Shown here one piece after another: positions 17,032 through 24,119 of a stretch of 35,233 nt of DNA (the stretch's first letter is position 1; each line of letters opens with the position of its first letter). Made by a program: the position numbers and the translations under genes. This stretch comes from a virus. Lineage: Duplodnaviria; Caudoviricetes. The stretch lies in the IMG/VR virus record IMGVR_UViG_3300011339_000251, positions 1-35,233 of that record; one strand, written 5' to 3'. The notes under the pieces are model-generated. The model searched no databases. It was not told the DNA's origin and saw only the letters and a list, made by a program, of their open reading frames with translations.

Positions 17032-17159
17032 GCCTTTGCGTACTCACATGCCGATTCAGCCTCCAGCCGGTCTAGATGGGCTTGTGCCAACTCACGCTGA
17101 ATAACTTCAATTGGCGTTAATTCTTTGTAATAGTTTTTAAGAAATTTAAAAAATTGCAT
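16968..17159 (-). CDS. Hypothetical protein
   Basis: RBS GGAG before MQFFKFLK; helical ELAQA.L.RLEA motif. Confidence 0.65.
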   Translation of the reverse strand: MQFFKFLKNYYKELTPIEVIQRELAQAHLDRLEAESACEYAKACHDLSLARIERLKTRLGEYK

Positions 17160-17427
17160 ACCACTCCCTTTCCGCACGTTTAGCCATAGATTTAACGGTT
17201 TTTCCGGTTAACCCTACCAAACCGTCGCGTTCCATTTCGGGCAACCGCCTAGCTACTTGGTTGCCATCCATCACGGCAAAGAAAGCAATCCCGTCTTTAC
17301 CTAATGGGCCTTGCTCCATCAAAGTTTTAAGAATTATTGCGGCATGACGTTTGGCAAGGTCTTTTGCTTTGTCAGCCGCTTGCCAACTTGTTATAGGGTC
17401 GGTGTTACGGGCGCGATAGTGTTCCAT
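17146..17427 (-). CDS. Winged-helix DNA-binding-like protein
   Basis: RARNTDP.TS..AA N-terminus, V.RRL.EM.R.GLV helix-wing pattern. Confidence 0.65.
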   Translation of the reverse strand: MEHYRARNTDPITSWQAADKAKDLAKRHAAIILKTLMEQGPLGKDGIAFFAVMDGNQVARRLPEMERDGLVGLTGKTVKSMAKRAEREWYAIF

Positions 17428-17436
17428 GTTGTTTCC

Positions 17437-17688
17437 TTAAAATGGCACGTCATCATCTTTAGCAAAGCCGTCATTTTTTGCTGAAACATCATCTTTAAAC
17501 CTTGGTTCATTGATGTAAGCCCAGCCGTTCCAGCCGCCTTCTATTAGCGGGGTTACGTCTAGTTTTAGCATATCCCCATTTTTAGTGTCAATGATGCTAC
17601 CAATTTTGGTGTAGCGGTTTTTTTGTTCGCCTTTGGCGTTTTTGTAAGTGCCGCTAATTACGGTAATTTCTTTAAGAATTTTGGACAT
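17437..17688 (-). CDS. Small ssDNA-binding-like protein
   Basis: Next to ERF; acidic DDDVPF C-terminus like SSB tails. Confidence 0.6.
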   Translation of the reverse strand: MSKILKEITVISGTYKNAKGEQKNRYTKIGSIIDTKNGDMLKLDVTPLIEGGWNGWAYINEPRFKDDVSAKNDGFAKDDDVPF

Positions 17689-17690
17689 GA

Positions 17691-18290
17691 TTAACCTTTC
17701 AAAGTTTCTGCGTGTTTTTTAATGCTGCTTCGGGTCTTGCTATCAAGCATTGCCCACAAAGCGGTTTTTTCTTCAATATCGGTGATGCCTTGGTATTCTT
17801 CAAATGCACCAATTAGGTCATTTACGCCCATACGTTCACCAATAGCCGCCGCAACATCGGCAAGAATAGACAATCGGTTTGTTGGTACAAGGTCTGTTTT
17901 AGTTGCCGATACTTTGACTTTGCTTGCCGCATTGCCATCATCATCTTCGGGCGCTATGCCGCAAGCCGCCATCAACGAATAGCGCCTGGCATACGTTAGC
18001 GCCGAGCCGTACCCTTGCGGGTCTTGTTTGGCTGCTGGAACGTGCAACTTGCCACACTCAAGCATCTCGCCTGATTCGTGGACAAACACCGTTTCCACGG
18101 TTACGCCGGTGCTGTCTTCCGATGTGCGTTGTATAAGGGCTATTCCTGCGGCATTTAAGGCATCTACAACGGCCTCCACACATCCGGCAAGGTCAACGTA
18201 CTTGCTGCGGAAATGAGGGTTTGTAGACGTTTTTAAGGCCGGTGCAAAACCACGTTGGGCTTTGACTAACGCTGATGCAATGTTTTTCAT
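17691..18290 (-). CDS. erf: ERF family ssDNA-annealing recombinase
   Basis: NPHFRSKY.DL and GSALTYARRYSL...GIAPEDDDGN signature; start MKNIASAL. Confidence 0.93.
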   Translation of the reverse strand: MKNIASALVKAQRGFAPALKTSTNPHFRSKYVDLAGCVEAVVDALNAAGIALIQRTSEDSTGVTVETVFVHESGEMLECGKLHVPAAKQDPQGYGSALTYARRYSLMAACGIAPEDDDGNAASKVKVSATKTDLVPTNRLSILADVAAAIGERMGVNDLIGAFEEYQGITDIEEKTALWAMLDSKTRSSIKKHAETLKG

Positions 18291-18457
18291 AGGTCGCCTC
18301 CAAAATCTATTCCACATTTTTCACAAGTAAAGTACCAAATTACCGCTATGTCGTCATAAGTGTGGCGCTTAAGGTCGCCACAATCTTCCCCACATTCGGG
18401 GCATTCATGATCTTCACGCTCTTTTAAGCTGTTCTTTAAGCCAGTTGATTCGTTCAT
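18287..18457 (-). CDS. Zinc-ribbon protein (56 aa, not in ORF track)
   Basis: CPECG...CEKCG; RBS GGAG; stop overlaps the erf ATG. Confidence 0.7.
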   Translation of the reverse strand: MNESTGLKNSLKEREDHECPECGEDCGDLKRHTYDDIAVIWYFTCEKCGIDFGGDL

Positions 18458-18572
18458 CTTTTAACTCCAGTTGTTGACATAAAAACCAAACGTATAGTTC
18501 AAGAAAACCGGCGGGGTCTGCTTTGCTATTGCATTCCGCGATAATTTCTTGCGGGTTGTTGCTAGTGACCAT
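18414..18572 (-). CDS. Hypothetical protein
   Basis: MVTSNNPQEII..., TAATG coupling to the upstream peptide. Confidence 0.55.
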   Translation of the reverse strand: MVTSNNPQEIIAECNSKADPAGFLELYVWFLCQQLELKDERINWLKEQLKRA

Positions 18573-18655
18573 TAAAGTGCCCACCCGTACACAAGCACCC
18601 AAGCCAATGAAACGCCAATAAACACGGCAAGCGTGATGTCTGCTAATTTATTCAT
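18572..18655 (-). CDS. 27-aa single-TM peptide (not in ORF track)
   Basis: MNKLADITLAVFIGVSLAWVLVYGWAL, overlaps both neighbouring genes. Confidence 0.55.
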   Translation of the reverse strand: MNKLADITLAVFIGVSLAWVLVYGWAL

Positions 18656-18860
18656 TATGTGATCCAAAGTTTTGAATTGCCGTCCAAAGGTTGTCGGACA
18701 CATCATCTAGGTTGTCGGACAAGCCGGTGTGGATGTCGGGAAAGTTTTTGGTAAGCGACCAATTCATGTCGTTTAACAACTTTGCCATTTCCAAGGGTGG
18801 GATAAAACCGCGCAAAAGTGCTTCGCGAAATTCGGCTAATAAAACGTGTATGTCGCGCAT
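18648..18860 (-). CDS. First gene of leftward early operon, hypothetical
   Basis: RBS AGGAG 7 nt upstream, downstream of the leftward promoter. Confidence 0.7.
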   Translation of the reverse strand: MRDIHVLLAEFREALLRGFIPPLEMAKLLNDMNWSLTKNFPDIHTGLSDNLDDVSDNLWTAIQNFGSHNE

Positions 18861-18905
18861 TTACTTACTCCTAAAAAGACCCCGAGAAGTTCAGGGCATG
18901 GGTGA

Positions 18906-18933
18906 ACTATATCACAATTGTGAAGTCTTGCAA
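18906..18933 (-). promoter_or_regulatory. Leftward sigma70-type promoter overlapping a palindromic operator
   Basis: On the - strand TTGCAA-N16-TATAGT with TGn extension; spacer contains TCACAATTGTGA. Confidence 0.65.
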
Positions 18934-18999
18934 GTCTTTTTTTACAATTGTTTTTATTGATTTTGGTTTTTTAATAGTTTTTTACAATGACCCAAAGCA

Positions 19000-19017
19000 T
19001 CACAAATGTGATATACT
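19000..19017 (+). promoter_or_regulatory. Rightward extended -10 promoter with operator
   Basis: TCACAAATGTGA followed by TATACT (TGn-TATACT), 6 nt before the cro-like ATG. Confidence 0.6.
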
Positions 19018-19023
19018 TAGCGG

Positions 19024-19203
19024 ATGGACATCTTAGAAATAGCAATCAAAGCATCGGGCGGCACGGGTCGCTTGGCCTACATTTTGGACGTAAGGCAGAA
19101 CGTGGTGAGCAACTGGCGGCAGCGTGGTGTGCCTAAGGGCTGGCAACAAGTGCTGCGTTACAAGTTCAAGAAACAGATTGCTGAAGCGCAAAAGATGGTG
19201 TAA
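19024..19203 (+). CDS. Cro/YdaS-like HTH regulator (59 aa, not in ORF track)
   Basis: AIKASGGTGRLAYILDVRQNVVSNWRQRGVP is a Cro-type HTH; first gene right of the divergent control region. Confidence 0.82.
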   Translation: MDILEIAIKASGGTGRLAYILDVRQNVVSNWRQRGVPKGWQQVLRYKFKKQIAEAQKMV

Positions 19204-19211
19204 GATTTTTA

Positions 19212-19276
19212 GGACACGGCTAGGTGCGAAGTCATGAGCGCACCGAAAAGAGTTACCCCCTCTCCTGCCGTTGTTT
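19212..19276 (+). ncRNA. Candidate structured cis-regulatory RNA (three-way junction)
   Basis: ACGGC/GCCGT closing stem, GGTGCG/CGCACC and AGAG/CTCT hairpins joined by GAAA. Confidence 0.45.
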
Positions 19277-19309
19277 CTTTTAAGGGGGCAACTAAAAGTG
19301 GGGAATTTT

Positions 19310-20242
19310 ATGGAAAAAGTGTCTTTATTTGGCGTTGATTTGTTTGGTGAAATCATCAAGCCAAAAGCCAATGGCGTTGTCGCGCAACGTTTCACAATCC
19401 CGCCTTTCACTATTTTGGATAGTAAACAAGGCGAATGGCAAGAACGCAAACGTGCATGGAAATCATTGGGCATAGATAGTGAAATAGGACGTTCTGCGGG
19501 AATGACTTATGGCAAAGGATTGGGCATAAAGTTAGACAATGGTGAAGAATCCATGACTAGCATTTTTGATCCCGTTGTTTGTGAACTTGCAATGAAATGG
19601 TTTTGCCCACAAAAAGGGCAAGTTGTTGATCCTTTTGCCGGTGGAAGCGTTAGGGGAATTGTTGCCGGTGCGTTAGACCGAAATTATTGGGGTTGCGATT
19701 TAAGGCAAGAACAAATTGATGCAAATAGGGTTCAAGCGCAAAACATAGAAATTTCAATTAAGCCCATTTGGGTTTGTGGTGATAGCATGGAAACGCTTGC
19801 CGAAGCGCCTAAAGCCGATATGGTTTTTTCATGCCCGCCTTACGGTGATTTGGAAGTGTATTCGGACGATCCTAACGATTTATCAAACATGGAATGGCAC
19901 ACTTTTATTGCCGCATACAAGCGGATAATTTTGCGTTCGGTGCAAAAAATGAAAGATGATACGTTTGCGTGTTTTGTTGTTGGTGACTTTAGGGATAAAA
20001 AAGGCTTTTATCGTAATTTTGTAAGTGAAACAATTGGTGCTTTTGAAGAAGCGGGGACAAAGTTGTACAACGAAGCGATTCTTGCTACAAGCATTGGAAG
20101 TGCATCAATGCGGGTTACAAAGCAATTTGAATCGGGCCGCAAAATGGCTAAAACACATCAAAATGTGTTGGTGTTTTGTAAAGGTGATTGGCGGGTTGCT
20201 ACATCAAAAATCAATGATTCCGAATTGATAAATGGGCGGTAA
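19310..20242 (+). CDS. DNA amino-methyltransferase (N4-C/N6-A type)
   Basis: SAM-binding DPFAGG followed by catalytic (S)CPPY; likely start MEKVSLFG. Confidence 0.82.
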   Translation: MEKVSLFGVDLFGEIIKPKANGVVAQRFTIPPFTILDSKQGEWQERKRAWKSLGIDSEIGRSAGMTYGKGLGIKLDNGEESMTSIFDPVVCELAMKWFCPQKGQVVDPFAGGSVRGIVAGALDRNYWGCDLRQEQIDANRVQAQNIEISIKPIWVCGDSMETLAEAPKADMVFSCPPYGDLEVYSDDPNDLSNMEWHTFIAAYKRIILRSVQKMKDDTFACFVVGDFRDKKGFYRNFVSETIGAFEEAGTKLYNEAILATSIGSASMRVTKQFESGRKMAKTHQNVLVFCKGDWRVATSKINDSELINGR

Positions 20243-20243
20243 T

Positions 20244-20972
20244 ATGTACTATTACCAATTCAATATCGGTGACTACGCTAGTCATACGCAACGCCTTTCC
20301 CTACTTGAAGATTTGGCGTACCGAAGGCTTTTAGACGAATATTATTTGCACGAACGTCCGTTGAACACCGGTTTGACGTCCGTTGCACGGCAAATAGGTA
20401 TGCGTGACTATGAAAATGAAGTTCAATTTGTTCTTGAATCATTTTTTAGGTTAACGGATGATGGTTGGATAAACATTCGGGCCGACAAGGAAATTGCACA
20501 TTTCAAGGGGAAAATTGAACAAGCATCTAAGGCGGGTAAGGCATCCGCTGAACGGCGGTTAAGCGGACGTTCAACGGACGTTCAACCAACCAATAACCAA
20601 GAACCAGTAACCAATAACCATAAACCAATAAAGAATACAGTCGCCCCGCCTAACGGCGTGACGGATTCGGTTTGGCAAGATTGGCTAAGTTTGCGTAAAA
20701 CAAAAAAGGCGGCAGTCACCCAGACCGCCATTGATGGCATAGCACGGGAAGCAAGCAAAGCGGGTGTAAGCCTACAAACCGCCTTGGAAACCTGTTGTGC
20801 AAGGGGCTGGACAGGCTTTAAGGCCGATTGGCTAAAAGACAAAGGCGAACAAAAATCCTTTGCCGAAAAGGATTACGATTTCAAACGGGCTAGATGGGAA
20901 GCGATGACCGGAAGAACGCCAAGCCAAGAAATGAAACCATTTTTGGAGTTAGAAGATGACACAACCAATTGA
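20244..20972 (+). CDS. Replication initiator, YdaU/DUF1376 family
   Basis: YYQFNIGDY..HT..LS..EDLAYRRLLD.YY N-terminal signature; W..W...RK.KKA and GW.GF..DW C-terminal domain. Confidence 0.85.
   Translation: MYYYQFNIGDYASHTQRLSLLEDLAYRRLLDEYYLHERPLNTGLTSVARQIGMRDYENEVQFVLESFFRLTDDGWINIRADKEIAHFKGKIEQASKAGKASAERRLSGRSTDVQPTNNQEPVTNNHKPIKNTVAPPNGVTDSVWQDWLSLRKTKKAAVTQTAIDGIAREASKAGVSLQTALETCCARGWTGFKADWLKDKGEQKSFAEKDYDFKRARWEAMTGRTPSQEMKPFLELEDDTTN
20352..20637. repeat. Iteron-like repeats / probable replication origin inside the initiator gene
   Basis: ACGTCCGTTG x2, CGGACGTTCAA tandem x2 in inverse orientation, followed by an AACCAAT-like 7-mer run. Confidence 0.6.
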
Positions 20973-21402
20973 CCGTTTGTTTGAACGCTTATCAATGACC
21001 TACGGCATTTCTTGGGACAACTCGCTAGGCTTTGCCCCGCTAAACGAAATTAAATCGTTTTGGTTAAATGGCTTGTCGGGCTTTTTGCAAAGCAAGGAAT
21101 CCATGATGGCGATTTCATGGGCATTGAACAACTTGCCCGAAAGACCGCCGAACTTCGTGCAGTTTAAAAATTTGTGCCACCAAGCGCCCGCCGTTGAGAA
21201 ACCAAGGTTGTTGGAGCCGCCAGCCGACCCCGAACGGGTAAAGCAAGAATTGGCAAAGTTCGCATCTTTCCGGCTGAACAAGTCAAAGCACGACCCAAAG
21301 GATTGGGCGCGAAAAATATTGGGCGATTACGCTGGCGGTATGAAAAAGTCGCCGACGGTTGTAGAAATGGCCCGCAATGCTTTAAATGTGGAATCTTACT
21401 GA
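20956..21402 (+). CDS. Replication accessory protein (helicase-loader/P-like position)
   Basis: IDRLF.RL...YG, LPERPPN..QF..LC, DPKDWA motifs; directly follows the initiator. Confidence 0.6.
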   Translation: MTQPIDRLFERLSMTYGISWDNSLGFAPLNEIKSFWLNGLSGFLQSKESMMAISWALNNLPERPPNFVQFKNLCHQAPAVEKPRLLEPPADPERVKQELAKFASFRLNKSKHDPKDWARKILGDYAGGMKKSPTVVEMARNALNVESY

Positions 21403-21559
21403 AGCCCGCCATCGTATGTTTGCCCACTACCTCATGCTTTGCAAAGAGCCAGGATGGAAAGACTACGCATGGAATCGGGTTAAAGTGTTAGACAAAGACC
21501 CTGTTTACGCAGGAATAAAAGATTACATCATGGAGCAAATGAATGCGACACGCAGCTAG
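21386..21559 (+). CDS. Hypothetical protein (57 aa, not in ORF track)
   Basis: MWNLTEARHRMFAHY..., fills the gap between flanking genes with short overlaps. Confidence 0.6.
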   Translation: MWNLTEARHRMFAHYLMLCKEPGWKDYAWNRVKVLDKDPVYAGIKDYIMEQMNATRS

Positions 21560-21818
21560 GGTTGACGCTAACCAAGACCAAGTGGTAACCGCTTTACGGG
21601 CGGCTGGCGCGTACGTTTGGATTATTGGCTTACCGGTAGACCTTTTGGTAGGATACAAAGGGCGCACCATATTAATGGAAGTAAAAGATGGCCCTAAAAA
21701 GCCTTTAACGGCCTTACAGCACGCTTTTTTTGCAAATTGGGCCGGTGGTACATTGGCTAGGGTTGATGGGCCGCAAGCGGCTTTGTCGGCTTTAAAGGTA
21801 ATAGATGCGAAGCCTTGA
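21543..21818 (+). CDS. VRR-NUC-like PD-(D/E)xK nuclease / resolvase
   Basis: RVDANQ..VV.ALR..G, PVDLLVG, EVKDG, LT..Q..F motifs. Confidence 0.75.
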   Translation: MRHAARVDANQDQVVTALRAAGAYVWIIGLPVDLLVGYKGRTILMEVKDGPKKPLTALQHAFFANWAGGTLARVDGPQAALSALKVIDAKP

Positions 21819-22086
21819 ACAAAACCGCATGATGTGGGCAAACCTTGAGGACATTGCCCAACAGGTGGTTTGGTACGGGGTTAAATTAACAAAGGAAGAA
21901 TGGAAAGACGTATTGACCGCCGCGCTTAAAAAACAAAAGGTTGTGCCTGGCATTGAAGGCGGCTTTGTTGTTCTTGGTGCGCGAACTAGCAAGATGACCG
22001 TACCCGAAATGACCGAATTGATAGAGTTATCCACAGCCTTTGGAACGCAACAAGGTGTTAAGTTTCGGGCTTTTGTAGATGATTAA
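21805..22086 (+). CDS. ninB: NinB-family recombination protein
   Basis: RSLEQN..MWA.L.DIA.QV.W, WKD, RTSKM...EM.ELIE....FG. Confidence 0.88.
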   Translation: MRSLEQNRMMWANLEDIAQQVVWYGVKLTKEEWKDVLTAALKKQKVVPGIEGGFVVLGARTSKMTVPEMTELIELSTAFGTQQGVKFRAFVDD

Positions 22087-22267
22087 ATGCCCCGAATGCG
22101 GTGCTTGGACTGTGGTTAAAGAAACCCGTGCCGACCAAAACAACACGCGCCGCCGCCGTTTGGAATGCGCCAATTTGCACCGATTTACTACTTTGGAGAC
22201 CGTAATTGTTTCAAAAACACGCATACGTCAGAAGCAAAAAACTGTTGAAACTAGTTGCAAGCCTTAA
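22079..22267 (+). CDS. Zinc-ribbon protein (NrdR-N/Ogr-like)
   Basis: CPECG...V.ETR...RRRRLECANLHRFTT.E. Confidence 0.7.
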   Translation: MIKCPECGAWTVVKETRADQNNTRRRRLECANLHRFTTLETVIVSKTRIRQKQKTVETSCKP

Positions 22268-22523
22268 TTGTCAACGGTGCGGGTCGGGCCAAATGGTGCA
22301 GGCGGCGCATACAAATTGGGGTGGCGGCAAGGGTCGGGGCATCAAAGCGGACGATAATTTAACCGCCGCACTATGCTTAAATTGCCATTTTGAAATTGAC
22401 CAAGGCGCAAACTTAGACAAAAATGAACGCCAGCAGCAATGGAATCAGGCGCACCAAAGAACGGTGGACGCATTGACAAGCACCGGACAATGGCCTAAAG
22501 ACGTTCCCTTGCCATACAATTAG
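22206..22523 (+). CDS. HNH-like zinc-binding nuclease (nin-region type)
   Basis: C..CG...QAAH.N...KG.GIKADD...ALC..CH..ID. Confidence 0.72.
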   Translation: MFQKHAYVRSKKLLKLVASLNCQRCGSGQMVQAAHTNWGGGKGRGIKADDNLTAALCLNCHFEIDQGANLDKNERQQQWNQAHQRTVDALTSTGQWPKDVPLPYN

Positions 22524-22526
22524 GGG

Positions 22527-22620
22527 TGTTGGAGTGTTAAGCCAGCGTTCAAGGATGTTGACGCAAGATATTTTCTGGCTTTCTATCTTGCCTTGTTGAA
22601 AACCAAATTGAGTTCCAACA
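22527..22620 (+). ncRNA. Candidate pseudoknotted leader RNA
   Basis: Closing stem TGTTGGA/TCCAACA, inner hairpin GCAAGATA/TATCTTGC whose loop CTGGCTT pairs with AAGCCAG; TACAAT just upstream. Confidence 0.55.
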
Positions 22621-22635
22621 ATTTTAAGGAAGATC

Positions 22636-22992
22636 ATGAAAAAAAATGTTGCGGACTTTATTTCCACCATGTTGCACAGCGGCACGGTCACCCATTTTAT
22701 GCATTTGGCAACCGATTCCTTTGCGGTTCATTCGGCTTTGGGCAAATATTACGTTGAAATTATCGATTTAACCGACCAATTTGCCGAGGCATACGCCGGT
22801 TGCTACGAAAAGATCAAAGATTACCCCGAAAACTTTCATAACGCCAAAGACCCCGTAAAGTACATGGCAAGCATTAAAACTTACATTGACAAAAACCGCA
22901 CCGCTTTGCCCGAAGAAAGCCAACTTCAAAACATTGTGGACGAAATTGCCGCTTTGGTTGATTCAACAATCTTCATGCTAACCCTCAAATGA
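22636..22992 (+). CDS. Ferritin/Dps-like four-helix protein (DUF5856-like)
   Basis: H..HL.T.SFA.H.ALG.YY......D.FAE.Y.G and LQNIVDEI motifs; RBS AAGGA. Confidence 0.75.
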   Translation: MKKNVADFISTMLHSGTVTHFMHLATDSFAVHSALGKYYVEIIDLTDQFAEAYAGCYEKIKDYPENFHNAKDPVKYMASIKTYIDKNRTALPEESQLQNIVDEIAALVDSTIFMLTLK

Positions 22993-23666
22993 TCCGAATA
23001 TTTGCCGGATACGACCCTCGGGAAGCCGTTGGTTACCATGTATTTTGCCAATCGGTCATAGAGCGCACAAAGGAGCCGGTGGCAATTACGCCGTTTTACG
23101 GGAAGCAACGGGACGGCACAAACGCTTTTATTTACCAAAGATTCTTAGTCCCATATTTCACAAAGTTTAAGGGCCGCGCCATCTTTATGGACGCAAGCGA
23201 TATGTTGATGCTGGGCGACATAGACGACCTAAACAAGCTATTTGACCCGACAAAGGCCGTACAAGTGGTAAAGCACGAGTACAAGACCCAGCACGCAAGA
23301 AAGTACATTGGAACGCCAATGGAGGCCAAGAACGAAGACTATCCAAGGAAAAACTGGTCAAGCCTTATTCTGTGGAACTGCGAACACCCAAGAAACAAGG
23401 TACTTACACCCGATTACATTGATGACCATAGCGGGTCGGAACTACATCGCTTTGGCTGGCTGCCCGACTCTTTGATTGGTGAACTACCCAAACAATGGAA
23501 CGTTTTGGTAGGCGAACAACACAACCCTAACGCCAAGATTGCCCATTACACTTTGGGCATTCCCGAATTTGACCATTACGCCGATTGCGATTATGCTAAA
23601 CAATGGTTCAACACCAAAAGCCGGATGTTGGACGGCCTAATTAAGATGAAGGACGCATATGCCTAG
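22989..23666 (+). CDS. GT-A fold glycosyltransferase (GT8-like)
   Basis: IFAGYDPRE, F.Y.RFLVP, FMDASDML (DxD-like), YPRKNWSS, WN.LVGE, HYTLG.P. Confidence 0.85.
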   Translation: MIRIFAGYDPREAVGYHVFCQSVIERTKEPVAITPFYGKQRDGTNAFIYQRFLVPYFTKFKGRAIFMDASDMLMLGDIDDLNKLFDPTKAVQVVKHEYKTQHARKYIGTPMEAKNEDYPRKNWSSLILWNCEHPRNKVLTPDYIDDHSGSELHRFGWLPDSLIGELPKQWNVLVGEQHNPNAKIAHYTLGIPEFDHYADCDYAKQWFNTKSRMLDGLIKMKDAYA

Positions 23667-23805
23667 TACAAGCAATAAACAAGCCAAATTCATGGCAGCA
23701 GCCGCGCACAACCCTAAATTTGCAAAAATGGCGGGAATTCCGGTTAAGGTAGCCAAGGAATACAACAAGGCCGACCAAGCTAAAGCGTCGCCAAAGAAAA
23801 AATAG
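23659..23805 (+). CDS. Small basic protein (48 aa, not in ORF track)
   Basis: MPSTSNKQAKFMAAAAHNPKFAK..GIP..VAKEY..AD. Confidence 0.7.
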   Translation: MPSTSNKQAKFMAAAAHNPKFAKMAGIPVKVAKEYNKADQAKASPKKK

Positions 23806-23807
23806 TT

Positions 23808-24119
23808 ATGGCGTTTAAAAAAGGCGAAAAAACTACAGCAGGCCCAGGTCGCCCCAGAGGTTTGCCCAACAAGACCACGCAACAGGCGCGTGAGGCCATT
23901 GCCATGTTTGTTGATACCAATGCCCATAGATTGACCGAATGGCTTGATACGGTCGCTAATGGCGATCCCGAAAATGACATTAAGCCCAATCCGGCAAAAG
24001 CGTTTGAACTTTTCCAATCGGTGGTTGAGTACCATGTGCCCAAACTGGCAAGGACTGAAGTCACAGGCGCCGACCAAGGGCCGGTAGAAATGATAGTGAC
24101 ATGGGCAAGCGGGAAATAA
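23808..24119 (+). CDS. terS: Terminase small subunit
   Basis: FKKG...GRPRG.PNK.T N-terminus, E.TGAD.GP C-terminus, immediately before terL. Confidence 0.7.
   Translation: MAFKKGEKTTAGPGRPRGLPNKTTQQAREAIAMFVDTNAHRLTEWLDTVANGDPENDIKPNPAKAFELFQSVVEYHVPKLARTEVTGADQGPVEMIVTWASGK

Noticed and set aside
18648-18860. CI repressor at the expected divergent position
   Set aside because: 70-aa product has no evident HTH or S24 peptidase domain
19212-19276. Hammerhead ribozyme or tRNA
   Set aside because: A GAAA linker is present but the CUGANGA core is missing; no cloverleaf or TTC loop
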